64,000 bases of DNA from Deinococcales bacterium (GTDB taxonomy: Bacteria; Deinococcota; Deinococci; Deinococcales; JAAFIG01): NCBI GenBank assembly GCA_043775825.1, contig JAYVRX010000047.1, positions 7,027 through 71,026 on the forward strand, given 5' to 3'. Within the stretch, counting starts at the first letter, position 1. Each line of letters opens with the position of its first letter. Below, one piece after another: positions 39,079 to 48,252 of the stretch. The notes beneath the pieces were generated by a model. That model worked only from the letters and a program-made list of their open reading frames with translations, was not told the DNA's origin and searched no databases. Position numbers and translations under genes: made by a program.

Positions 39079-39824
39079 GCTGTAGGGGATGGTCCCAGAC
39101 CATCCCCTATCAACTGTTCGCGCACGCCCACCACATGCCCAATTACCCATACGGCGGGGGCTTCAACACTGGTTTCACCGTTTGCCACCGCATCCAGGCT
39201 CGAGATCACCACGCGCTCCCTTGGGGTGCTGCCGCGTTCAATGAAGGCGCAAGGCTCGAGTTTATCCCGTCCGAGGGCAATCAAGTTTTGCGCGATATGG
39301 GCACGTTCGCCCACGCCCATCAAGACCACCAAGGTTTCCACGTGGGCGTAATGTCGCCACTCTGGGGCAGATTCTTCGGAGTGATGCCCTGTCACCACCG
39401 CGAAGCCTCGAGCGAGGTTGCGATACGTTAACGGTATTCCTGCCAAGGCGGGTACGGCAAGGCTCGAGCTGATGCCAGGAACGATCTGCACCGTCACACC
39501 GAGCGCGGTAAGATGCGCCCATTCTTCCGCGCCGCGACCAAACACGAACGGGTCGCCGCCTTTTAAGCGCACCACATTCTTGCCAGCCAGGGCGTAACGC
39601 TCGAGCAGCACCATGATTTCGGTTTGCACACTGTCTTGCTCGCCGTGATTTTTACCAACGTAAACGCGTTCGGCAGTGCTGGGGATCAACTCGAGAATCG
39701 CTGCCCCAACCAAACGGTCATAGAGCACCACGTTGGCATTCTCGAGGGCACGTAATGCCTTGATGGTCAGTAATTCTGGGTCGCCAGGTCCAGCGCCAAC
39801 AATAAAAACTTTGCCAGCGCTCAC
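39075..39824 (-). CDS. cobA: Uroporphyrinogen-III C-methyltransferase (SUMT)
   Basis: VFIVGAGPGDPELLTIKA...VVRLKGGDPFVFGRG. GTG 39824 overlaps the sirC-like stop (GTGA). Confidence 0.9.
   Translation of the reverse strand: MSAGKVFIVGAGPGDPELLTIKALRALENANVVLYDRLVGAAILELIPSTAERVYVGKNHGEQDSVQTEIMVLLERYALAGKNVVRLKGGDPFVFGRGAEEWAHLTALGVTVQIVPGISSSLAVPALAGIPLTYRNLARGFAVVTGHHSEESAPEWRHYAHVETLVVLMGVGERAHIAQNLIALGRDKLEPCAFIERGSTPRERVVISSLDAVANGETSVEAPAVWVIGHVVGVREQLIGDGLGPSPTA
39084..39108. repeat. GGGGATGGTC-N3-GACCATCCCC hairpin, copy 1
   Basis: aggggatggtc-cca-gaccatcccct lies at the junction of convergent genes. It supplies the last codons (GDGLGPSPTA) of the cobA ORF. Confidence 0.75.
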
Positions 39825-40534
39825 AGGTTCATCTCGAGTCCAGAAAAGACCGCGCAATTTTCGGGTGTACAGCCTTTGCACGGCGCTTTTTGGCAGGCTT
39901 CGCGTTGTGCCAGCACACCACGTTTGATCTCTAATCGAGCCGCCTCGGGTTGACCATCTTTCACCAGTTGCAGAGCTGGGGAATCCATCAGGTCGTACCA
40001 AAGTTTTTTGCGAAGATCAAAACTAGCAAACCCTGCTGTGATGCTCGAGCGCATCGAACGCAAAATTGCCAGAAATTCGCTGTATTCCTCGCCGTACTCG
40101 AGGTTGAGTTTTTGTTTGATGCGCACACCCAAAGCTGGCGCTGTGCCACTGGTCGAAATGCCAATAATCAGATCGCCACGGCGCACCACGCTGGGCAGAA
40201 TCAACGAACAACGCTCAGGGTCGTCCACGCTGTTGCACAAGACGCCTCGAGCCTCAGATTCGGCATAAATGGCGACATTATCGGCTTTGTCTTTGGTGTG
40301 CGACATGACCAACCAAACACCCGCCAGATCACCCGCCTCGAAACCGCGCCGTAACCAAGTGATTTTGCCGTCTTCCTCGAGCGCATCGAGTTCTGGGTGT
40401 TGGTACGGTGAAAGCAGGGTCAGGTTTGCGCCAGCCTCGAGTAAACCGCGCACTTTATGCTCGGTTTCCCAACCGCCACCGACGAACAAGACCTTGCGAT
40501 TTTTGAGGTTCAGCATGACAGGGTAATAAGACAT
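39821..40534 (-). CDS. sirC: Precorrin-2 dehydrogenase / sirohydrochlorin ferrochelatase (CysG N-terminal-type)
   Basis: YPVMLNLKNRKVLFVGGGWETEHKVRGLLEAGA Rossmann start. SD ggag before ATG 40534. Confidence 0.85.
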   Translation of the reverse strand: MSYYPVMLNLKNRKVLFVGGGWETEHKVRGLLEAGANLTLLSPYQHPELDALEEDGKITWLRRGFEAGDLAGVWLVMSHTKDKADNVAIYAESEARGVLCNSVDDPERCSLILPSVVRRGDLIIGISTSGTAPALGVRIKQKLNLEYGEEYSEFLAILRSMRSSITAGFASFDLRKKLWYDLMDSPALQLVKDGQPEAARLEIKRGVLAQREACQKAPCKGCTPENCAVFSGLEMNL

Positions 40535-40556
40535 GGTTTTCTCCAAAAATACGGGC

Positions 40557-40580
40557 GGGGATGGTCTAAGACCATCCCCT
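40557..40580. repeat. GGGGATGGTC-N3-GACCATCCCC hairpin, copy 2
   Basis: ggggatggtc-taa-gaccatcccct, intercistronic between sir and the sirC-like gene. Confidence 0.75.
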
Positions 40581-40599
40581 ACGAGAATATGATAATTTT

Positions 40600-42189
40600 T
40601 CAATCTGCGGCGTGGGCAAGCTCGAGCACAGTTGAAGGTTCAAACGCGCTCGAGCCGATACGCCCAGTGTACTCACGCCAGCTTTCAGAACCGACACGGT
40701 GCGCCAGAAAACCTGTAATCACTTTTTCGGAGTATTCCTCGAGTTGCGCTGCTGGAATCACACTTTTCAGTTTGTCCCCAAGGCGTGCCTCAGCATCCAA
40801 ACCACCCGAGAGATGAACTTGATAAACCTCTTCTTGCCCGCCGTTCGCGTCAGTGCGGTTCGCGCCCATAAAGCCCAGATCAGCCACTTGATAACGCGCA
40901 CAGGCGTTCGAGCAACCCGTTAAGTTGATGCTGAAAGCGTGTGGAAAAGTGTTGCCAAATTTTGCCTCGAGATACTCGACCAAATGCGTGGTTTTGGCTT
41001 TGGTTTCGGTCAGCGCCAACCTGCAAAATTCGATGCCGGTGCAGGCGATGGTACTGCCACGAAAAAAATTGTTGGCATACAAACCAATCTGCTCGAGTTC
41101 GGTAATGGCAGCCTCGAGTTTTTCCTGTGGAACATTCACCACGATCACGTTTTGGCGTGGGGTGTTGCGCAAATCGCCCGAACCGTAAGTTTCAGCAATT
41201 CGGGCAAGCTCGAGGGCGTGGGCTGTGGTGATGCGTCCGACGGTGGTGGCAAGCCCAATGGCGAACTGCCCGTTGTTTTGAGGAATGACTCCAAGGTGAT
41301 CGCTGGCGTTGCTGGGTGCTCGAGGGGCTTCGAGACCGTCCTCAAATTTGCGACCCAAGTATTCGCGCTCGACGACATCACGGAATTTTTCAGCTCCCCA
41401 ATCGGCAAGCAAAAACTTCAAGCGGGCTTTCTTGCGGCTGACCCGATAACCATGATCGCGGTAGGCGGCTGTGATGGCGCGTGAAACCTCGAGCACGTCT
41501 TCAGGCACTACAAACACGCCAAGGCGTTTGGCGAGGTGCGGGATTGCGCCCAGACCGCCACCGACCCAGACATCAAAACCGATACGCCCATCGGAGTGTT
41601 GATGCGCGATGAAGCCAATGTCGTTGATGTGATGACAGGCGCATTGTTCGGGGCAAGCGGTCACGGAAATCTTGAATTTGCGCGGCAGATCACCGAACTC
41701 GACATTGCCAGAAAAATGATTGGACAGCGTTTGAGACAATTCTCGGGTGTCCAGAATTTGTCGTCCATCCAGTCCCTCGAGCGGGCAGGCAATCACGTTG
41801 CGAACGGTGTCACCGCACGCGCCAACCGAATGCAAGCCGACTTTCTCGAGTCTGGCAAAAATTTCGGGGACATCTTCAATTTTTAACCAGTGAAATTGGA
41901 AACATTGCCTGTCGGTAATGTCCAGCACACCGCGACCAAAATCGTTGGCAATACCGACCACCACGCGCATGATTTCGCTGTTGTACGCGCCAGCCGTGAT
42001 CTTGATGCGCAGCATGAAAAAACCGTCTTCTTGTGGGCGTTGCGGGTACAAACCGTACCATTTGAACAAATCCAGATCGTCTGGGGCAATGCTCGAGAAA
42101 CCTGTTTTGGCATAATTGTAAATATCTGCCAGCACTTGATAGGGCGGCTTGACCGCCTTGATTTCCTCCACGTGGTTTGTCTTTGCCAT
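40600..42189 (-). CDS. sir: Sulfite reductase hemoprotein (ferredoxin-type nitrite/sulfite reductase family)
   Basis: 529 aa with siroheme/4Fe-4S Cys motifs (TACPEQCA, TGCSNACA). Confidence 0.9.
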   Translation of the reverse strand: MAKTNHVEEIKAVKPPYQVLADIYNYAKTGFSSIAPDDLDLFKWYGLYPQRPQEDGFFMLRIKITAGAYNSEIMRVVVGIANDFGRGVLDITDRQCFQFHWLKIEDVPEIFARLEKVGLHSVGACGDTVRNVIACPLEGLDGRQILDTRELSQTLSNHFSGNVEFGDLPRKFKISVTACPEQCACHHINDIGFIAHQHSDGRIGFDVWVGGGLGAIPHLAKRLGVFVVPEDVLEVSRAITAAYRDHGYRVSRKKARLKFLLADWGAEKFRDVVEREYLGRKFEDGLEAPRAPSNASDHLGVIPQNNGQFAIGLATTVGRITTAHALELARIAETYGSGDLRNTPRQNVIVVNVPQEKLEAAITELEQIGLYANNFFRGSTIACTGIEFCRLALTETKAKTTHLVEYLEAKFGNTFPHAFSINLTGCSNACARYQVADLGFMGANRTDANGGQEEVYQVHLSGGLDAEARLGDKLKSVIPAAQLEEYSEKVITGFLAHRVGSESWREYTGRIGSSAFEPSTVLELAHAAD

Positions 42190-42228
42190 TTCAGGGTCCT
42201 CTCGAGAAAACGGGTTTTAATCCCGTTG

Positions 42229-42972
42229 CTAGCTGCTCAGCACCGACCTGAGGATCAATACTGTTCCAATAATTGACAGCACTGTACCAAGAAGTGGACG
42301 GGCAATGTTCTCTGAGAGTTTAGGCGCATAACCGCTGGCAAGCCAAGTGCTGGGAAGTGCCCCGAGCAGCAACCAACCAACAGTGCCAAAATCAACTGCT
42401 GAACGCTGCGCATGACCTGCGGCAGCCACCAAAGACAACAAAACGCCGTGGGCAACGTCTGTGCCTGCGAGCCTCGAGACTTTGAGATGCGGCATGATAA
42501 ACGTCAGTGCCAGCGCGAGCATTGCGCCGCTGCCAATGCTGGTTAAACCAACGATAGCACCAACGGCTGCACCAACCAGTGGCAACGGAATTGGAATGGC
42601 TTTGACCACTTTGGGCGGGTACTTCCAACGCCATAAAATGGCAATGCCCGTAAAGATCAATGCCACCGCCAGCAAACGTAGCAAGAACGTGACTTTGAGG
42701 TGCATTAAACTGGTGGCATAACCTGCGGGAAGGCTGCCAATTGCCAGCAGTGCAACCGTTTTCCAATCAATCGTGCCGCTTAAATGATGCCGCCATGACG
42801 CGCCCATTTTGGTCACGCTGGCGGCAATCAAATCCGTGCCGATCAAAACAGGTGTTGGCAGTCCGAGCAGCAACAGGGCTGGGGTCAGCAAACTGCCGCC
42901 ACCAAGTCCTGTCGTACCGATCAAAAAACCTGTGACCGCGCCAAGCGCCACCAGAACGGGCGGCTCGATCAT
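42229..42972 (-). CDS. TauE/SafE-family sulfite exporter-like membrane protein
   Basis: [24 protein letters not shown] motif, about 7-8 TM segments. Confidence 0.85.
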   Translation of the reverse strand: MIEPPVLVALGAVTGFLIGTTGLGGGSLLTPALLLLGLPTPVLIGTDLIAASVTKMGASWRHHLSGTIDWKTVALLAIGSLPAGYATSLMHLKVTFLLRLLAVALIFTGIAILWRWKYPPKVVKAIPIPLPLVGAAVGAIVGLTSIGSGAMLALALTFIMPHLKVSRLAGTDVAHGVLLSLVAAAGHAQRSAVDFGTVGWLLLGALPSTWLASGYAPKLSENIARPLLGTVLSIIGTVLILRSVLSS

Positions 42973-44138
42973 GTCCGTGCCTCGAGATACGCGGCACGTA
43001 AGACTTCAGCCACTTCTTTGCGGGTGAATTCGACGGGCAGTTCCTCGCCTGCGGTCAGTTTCTCGCGGACTTTTGTGCCTGACAAAACCAGATGATGACT
43101 GCTGTCGTGCGGGCAGGTGCGGCTCGAGACGAGCGAACCGCAAGTGCGGCAGTAAAACGTGTGCTCGAATTTGATAATTTCGATGCCGAGTTCTTCTTTG
43201 CTGTAGGTGTTAAAAATTTCTTGCGCGTCGTATGTGCCGTAATACGTGCCAACGCCAGCGTGGTCGCGTCCGACAATAAAGTGGGTGCAACCGTAATTGC
43301 GACGACTGATCGCGTGCAAAATTGCTTCTCGAGGTCCGGCGTAACGCATCGCGGCGGGATAAACGCCAAACAAAACGCGTGAGGCTGGGTAGTAATTCTC
43401 GAGCAAGACTTCATAGGCTTTGACTCGGGTGGCGGCGGGAACATCGTCGGATTTGGTGCTGCCGACCAGCGGATTTAAGAACAATCCGTCAATCGTCTCG
43501 AGCGCGACCTTGTGCAAATACTCGTGCGCACGGTGAATCGGGTTGCGGGTTTGAAAAGCCACCACGGTCTTCCAGTCTTTTTTGGCAAATTGCGCCCGGG
43601 TCTCGAGCGGGGTGTAATGATGCTCGGGGTAATCACCACGTGAAACCTCGAACAAGGTCACGTCACCCGCCAAGTTCACCTGTCCCTGCTCGAGCAACGC
43701 AGCCACGCCAGGATGCTTCTCGTCGCTGGTGCGGTACACCTCCAACGCCTCTTTTTGCTTGTCGGGCGTGTACTGCTCACTCACCTCGAGCAAACCAACG
43801 GGCGTATTGCGGTACGACAACAAAACCTTGCCCGTAAAATTCTTTGCCGCCTCGCTCGAGACACCCAAGGTGATCGGAATGCTCCACGGTAACCCGTTCG
43901 CCAAGCGCAAATTCTCAACGATGCTGGCATGGTCTTTAGAACCCGCAAAACCCGTCAGCGGCGAGTACACGCCCGTCGCAATCAACTCGAGATCGGCGTA
44001 ATTACTGTCAGACAACTCGAGGGTTGGGAGGTGCGCAAAATCTTTGGGGTCAAGGTTTTGAACGCGGTTGATGAGTTTGCCGCCGAGCGGCGTGATGAGG
44101 CTGTTCTCGAGGTTTGTGGGTTCTAAGGTCAAGGTCAT
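42969..44138 (-). CDS. sat: Sulfate adenylyltransferase (ATP sulfurylase)
   Basis: [11 protein letters not shown] and GRDHAG motifs, with a C-terminal Zn-ribbon-like CRTCG...CPHD. Confidence 0.93.
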   Translation of the reverse strand: MTLTLEPTNLENSLITPLGGKLINRVQNLDPKDFAHLPTLELSDSNYADLELIATGVYSPLTGFAGSKDHASIVENLRLANGLPWSIPITLGVSSEAAKNFTGKVLLSYRNTPVGLLEVSEQYTPDKQKEALEVYRTSDEKHPGVAALLEQGQVNLAGDVTLFEVSRGDYPEHHYTPLETRAQFAKKDWKTVVAFQTRNPIHRAHEYLHKVALETIDGLFLNPLVGSTKSDDVPAATRVKAYEVLLENYYPASRVLFGVYPAAMRYAGPREAILHAISRRNYGCTHFIVGRDHAGVGTYYGTYDAQEIFNTYSKEELGIEIIKFEHTFYCRTCGSLVSSRTCPHDSSHHLVLSGTKVREKLTAGEELPVEFTRKEVAEVLRAAYLEART

Positions 44139-44173
44139 GGGTTTCCTTTTTGGTTGGGATTGAATGGTTGCTT

Positions 44174-44221
44174 CCCTCTCATCCCCAACCCTTCTCTCCT
44201 AGGAGAGAAGGGAGTTATATT
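44174..44221 (-). repeat. REP-like hairpin element, copy C
   Basis: ccctctcatccccaacccttctctcctaggagagaagggagttatatt, intercistronic between cysH and sat. Confidence 0.8.
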
Positions 44222-44265
44222 TTTTTGTGGTGTGGCTGCAAAATTGGTTTTTTGTTGGTTATACA

Positions 44266-44922
44266 CTAAATCGCGTTTTGACCTACCCACAAACCGCATT
44301 CGGTTTTACCTTGTCCCGCCCATCGTCCCGCTCGAGCGTCTTCGCCTGGGCGCACGGCGCGGGTGCATGGGGCACAACCGATGCTTAAAAAACCATCAAA
44401 GTACAGTGGGTTGACGGGAAGTTCGTGCTCGAAGGCGTATTTCTCGAGATCGGATCGAGTCCAGTTGGCAAGTGGGTTAAGTTTGACTCGAGCACCGCCG
44501 TTTTCGATCAATGGAATGTCGGCGCGGGTGCTGGCTTGGTCGCGGCTGCGGGCGTTCAGAACGGCGCTGGGGTTGATTTGGGCAAGGTAATTTTGCAAGG
44601 GCGCGACTTTGCGTGCGGCACAGCAGGCATCGGTGTCGGTCAAATACAAATCGTCGAGCGGTAAGCCGGCGTGCAAGGTCACAAACTCGAGTTGCAGGTA
44701 TCTGGCGATCAGGGCATCTCGAGTCTCGAGTGTCTCGATGAAATGATAATCGGTGTCCACAAAAATCACTTTTCCCGTGTAACCAGCTTTGGCAGCGAAA
44801 TCAATCAAAACAATCCCATTCAGATTGAACGCGCTTGGCATGACGACATCGGGGTAAGTTTTGATCGCCCAAGCAATAAACTCGAGCGGACTGGTTTTTG
44901 GTGGCTCTAGGACGTAGCTCAT
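44266..44922 (-). CDS. cysH: Adenylyl-/phosphoadenylyl-sulfate reductase with Fe-S Cys motifs (APS-reductase type)
   Basis: [18 protein letters not shown] and C-terminal ECGLW motifs. Confidence 0.9.
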   Translation of the reverse strand: MSYVLEPPKTSPLEFIAWAIKTYPDVVMPSAFNLNGIVLIDFAAKAGYTGKVIFVDTDYHFIETLETRDALIARYLQLEFVTLHAGLPLDDLYLTDTDACCAARKVAPLQNYLAQINPSAVLNARSRDQASTRADIPLIENGGARVKLNPLANWTRSDLEKYAFEHELPVNPLYFDGFLSIGCAPCTRAVRPGEDARAGRWAGQGKTECGLWVGQNAI

Positions 44923-45455
44923 GCGCTGACTGGGACTCGAATTCCGAGGCTACTAAGCTTTTCGAGTACACGATCTAGGCTTTGCTCGAGGCTTTCAAGG
45001 TCGGTGTGAAGGTGAAGTTCTGGATTTTCTGGGGCTTCGTAAGGGTCGCTTACGCCAGTGAAGTGCTGAATCTCACCTGCCAGGGCTTTTTTGTACAAGC
45101 CTTTGACATCGCGGCTCGAGACGGTCTCTAAGGGCGCGTCAACAAAAATTTCTAAACTTTTATCGGCTTGATCAAGGACTTCGCGGCGGGTGTCACGGTA
45201 CGGGCTGATGGCGCTGACCAGGGTCACAACACCGTGTTTTGCCAGTAGATTTGCGACAAATCCAATACGGCGGATGTTCGTGTCGCGGTCTTCTCTCGAG
45301 AATCCCAAGCCTTTAGAAAGCGTTTCGCGCACAGCATCACCGTCAAGAATTTGGACTTTATGCCCAGCCTCTAAAAGCACTGGTTCGAGTGCTTTAACGA
45401 TGGTTGTTTTGCCTGCGCCCGATAATCCTGTAAACCAGATAACTGCTCCACTCAT
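44919..45455 (-). CDS. cysC: Adenylylsulfate (APS) kinase
   Basis: [14 protein letters not shown]-loop, LDGDAVR, FVDAPLE. ATGA-type overlap with cysH. Confidence 0.93.
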   Translation of the reverse strand: MSGAVIWFTGLSGAGKTTIVKALEPVLLEAGHKVQILDGDAVRETLSKGLGFSREDRDTNIRRIGFVANLLAKHGVVTLVSAISPYRDTRREVLDQADKSLEIFVDAPLETVSSRDVKGLYKKALAGEIQHFTGVSDPYEAPENPELHLHTDLESLEQSLDRVLEKLSSLGIRVPVSA

Positions 45456-45619
45456 ACGTTTACCTCAAGAAAAAGTTGTTTGCGGGTTGAATTCGGACGT
45501 TGCTTAGGCATTCGACATTGGGGACACATCAAAATTCCTTTCAGAGCAGGAGAACGCTGAAGTCCTCTGATCGTAGTGGTTATGCGCTTAATTTTTGTGA
45601 AACCTAAAATCGCCGGAGG

Positions 45620-45682
45620 TCAACAACAAGGACAACAGCGTGTGACTGTAGGCATTCGTGTGTTGTGATGAACCTCGAGCAT
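45620..45682 (-). CDS. Candidate Cys-rich leader peptide (20 aa) of the sulfate-assimilation operon
   Basis: Minus strand: aagagggatact ATG CTC GAG GTT CAT CAC AAC ACA CGA ATG CCT ACA GTC ACA CGC TGT TGT CCT TGT TGT TGA = MLEVHHNTRMPTVTRCCPCC*. SD-like GAGGG lies 6 nt upstream. The ORF ends 164 nt upstream of the cysC ATG. Confidence 0.5.
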   Translation of the reverse strand: MLEVHHNTRMPTVTRCCPCC

Positions 45683-45894
45683 AGTATCCCTCTTAAAAAT
45701 AATATAGTTTACAAAACTTATAAACTTACAACTTTTGTATAGCTTATACCTTTGTTCTGGCAAAGTTTCGTTTGCTGGAATACAAGACCGCACGAATGAG
45801 AAATTAAAGACTATTTATCTCGAGCAGCACCATAAAAAACGCTGAGAAGAACCCTCAACCTTTTATTTTCAAGCGCTTGCTGTGCTTACCACCC

Positions 45895-45929
45895 TCAAAA
45901 AAATAACCCTGCGAATTGCGTCGCAGGGT
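45895..45929 (-). terminator. Terminator of the S33 peptidase gene
   Basis: Minus strand: accctgcga-cgcaat-tcgcagggt followed by TATTTTTTT. Confidence 0.8.
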
Positions 45930-45949
45930 AAAAAGTTGTTCAAGGCAAT

Positions 45950-47656
45950 TTAGAAACGGGGGAACATTTGCGCGGGTTCGATCTTTGGCATTGGGAAAGG
46001 ATCGGCGCTGCGTGCTCGAGTGGTGTTCACAAAGAACGAAATCGGCTTATCGGCACAAGATGTGTTGATTTCGGCTGTCGGATTCTCGAAGAATGCCGCC
46101 AAAATGCCTTGGGCACATTCACCTTCGTCGCCAGGTTCGGCGGATGGATAAGCTGAAGCGCCGTGTGCACCTGCTGGATAAAAGACAAATTCTTTATTGA
46201 ACAACCTAGAATCCACAGCTTCGGCATAACTTGGTGGTGTGATTGGATCAAAGTAACCAACCTGTAAAAGCGTAGGAATATCACTAATCACTGGGAACTG
46301 GGCGAAGAAATCGGCGGGAACACCCCATTGGCGGCAGGTTTTTTGAATTGCCAACGGACTTGCGCCCAACAGACGACGGTAGGCTGGTGTTACGCGATCA
46401 AGGAAGCGATTGATCTGAAATTCGCTGGTGAATTGTGCGGTATCACTACAGACCACCGACAGGTACATTCCATCCGAGTTGCTGCCATCACCACCCACAA
46501 ACAATTCCGAAAGAATGTTGGCAAAGGCTCTGTAATTGCCCGCTTTGGTGACACTGACGTAAATGGGCACAAACGGCAAGAAAGAGGGGCTGTACAACAA
46601 TTGGTTCAGTACCCTAAAGAACAAGTCACCAGTCACTCGAGCGGTTATAAATTCGGTGGCTGATACTGGAATTTGAATCTCGGGTTGCTTGGTGTTGAGT
46701 TCCACGATCAGATCATCAAAAGTCTGTGACAGATTTGGATAGGTCGCGTTACAACTGGCATCTGCGGCACAAGCCTTAAAAATTTCAATTCGGCTGCGAT
46801 CAAACGCCAAGGGTGCTCGAGCCGACCAGTCCTGGCTGGGATCAATGATCGCCTCGAGATTGACGGCACGAACCACACGGCGGTAATCGCGCATGACAAT
46901 CTGTGCCAAGTAAGTGCCGTAAGATGCGCCCCAAACGTTGAGCTTCTTGTAACCCAAGGCTTTGCGGATATCGTTGACATCGCCTGCGCTCTCACGGGTA
47001 TTGAAGGCTTTTAATTGATAGCCTTTGGCAACTAAGGCATCGCGGCATTTAAGGTTTTCTGCCACGCCTTGATTGACAATTTCATCCAAGATTGGATCGG
47101 AACTTTTTGGTGTTGCCGAAAATGAAAGTGCCGATTGCAGACGGGCTTGAGCGCCTTGGGTGCTTGGGCATTCCAAACGGGGTTGTGAATTGCCAACGCC
47201 ACGTTGGTCAAAAATAATCAAATCGTTTTGACCCGCAAATGTTTTAAGGTTCTGACCTTGCAAACCAAGAATAGCTCCCTGGACTGTGCCACCAGGACCA
47301 CCCTGCAAGTAAATATTGGCAGCAGAATTTTCGATACCAGCCAAATTCTTAACAAGCAAAACCGCCACCTTAATGGTTTTGGAACTGCGTGGATAGCGAC
47401 TTTCACGAACCACCACATAACCACAACGCGTGTTTGTGGCATTCAGATTGCTTGGAAGTCGGAATGGACAAGTTTCAGCCGCTTCAAAGCGGGGCAATTG
47501 TTGACCATCAGAGGAACGTTCCATCAGGTTTTCATCTTGTTGAGGCGGGGCTGTAGGCGTTGCGACTTGAGGATCGGTTGTGGCGCTTGGGCTGTTGTTA
47601 CAGCTTATAAACCCCAGGGCGAGCGTAAGAATAAACAAGGGCAGCAATCGTTTCAT
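45950..47656 (-). CDS. Secreted alpha/beta-hydrolase, tripeptidyl-aminopeptidase (S33, TAP-like) lipoprotein
   Basis: Lipobox GFISC, GGPGG oxyanion region, GASYGT nucleophile elbow, TAP-like C-terminus. CTCGAG-poor (4 sites in 1.7 kb). Confidence 0.8.
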   Translation of the reverse strand: MKRLLPLFILTLALGFISCNNSPSATTDPQVATPTAPPQQDENLMERSSDGQQLPRFEAAETCPFRLPSNLNATNTRCGYVVVRESRYPRSSKTIKVAVLLVKNLAGIENSAANIYLQGGPGGTVQGAILGLQGQNLKTFAGQNDLIIFDQRGVGNSQPRLECPSTQGAQARLQSALSFSATPKSSDPILDEIVNQGVAENLKCRDALVAKGYQLKAFNTRESAGDVNDIRKALGYKKLNVWGASYGTYLAQIVMRDYRRVVRAVNLEAIIDPSQDWSARAPLAFDRSRIEIFKACAADASCNATYPNLSQTFDDLIVELNTKQPEIQIPVSATEFITARVTGDLFFRVLNQLLYSPSFLPFVPIYVSVTKAGNYRAFANILSELFVGGDGSNSDGMYLSVVCSDTAQFTSEFQINRFLDRVTPAYRRLLGASPLAIQKTCRQWGVPADFFAQFPVISDIPTLLQVGYFDPITPPSYAEAVDSRLFNKEFVFYPAGAHGASAYPSAEPGDEGECAQGILAAFFENPTAEINTSCADKPISFFVNTTRARSADPFPMPKIEPAQMFPRF

Positions 47657-48191
47657 TGGATTACCTCTTCAGTTGACGGTTCAGTGTCAACCATCAACAA
47701 TCACAGCGTGACCACGGCTTGAGCAACGATCACCTCAAAAGCTTGTTGGGCAAGGTGAAAATCGACTTCAAATGGTCACCGAGATGGTTTTCTCGAGGTT
47801 CGTGAAGCATCTGAATGGCAGTTTTCGACGAACGGCTCGAGATGTGTTCAAAATTGATAAAGACATGACCAACGTGCAGTTATTACACGAGGGCAACAAC
47901 CTCCTTTTGAGAATAGAGTTTCTAAAGTCATGTTTCCTAATCTTCATGAGAAACAACACCAAGAGAGTTGAAGCTCACTCATTTTAAAAAGACAAGTTTT
48001 TTCAGTATTTTTCTGCAATCTGCATTTGGCAGGGTTTTAAGGGCATTCACAATTTCTACACATTCTTAAATTGTACTGCGTGTAAACATTACTTCAGCTT
48101 CGCACCTCGAGATTGCAAAACGACAAGATTTGATCATCACAAGCGGCTGGTGCTCGACTTTGGTTAGGTATTTGCAGATATGCTCGAGCGG

Positions 48192-48230
48192 CACAAAAGA
48201 TCACGCTCGAATCCGCGAGACTCGAGCGTG
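48192..48230 (-). terminator. Terminator of the nitrate-transporter operon
   Basis: Minus strand: cacgctcgag-tctcgcgga-ttcgagcgtg followed by atcttttg. Confidence 0.65.
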
Positions 48231-48252
48231 TCCAACTTCAACCCCCAGCCTC

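Noticed and set aside
45456-45619. A SAM-I, SAM-II or other riboswitch in the cys operon leader.
   Set aside because: I compared it by eye with the SAM-I core (…AUCnAGAGnGGnnGAGGGA…GCAACC…) and found only scattered short matches (AUCAGAGGA). There is no four-way junction pairing. This needs an Infernal scan to settle.
47772-47987. 71-aa ORF in the peptidase upstream region as a real gene.
   Set aside because: It has no SD and an odd composition. It overlaps an equally long antisense ORF and has no recognisable motif.
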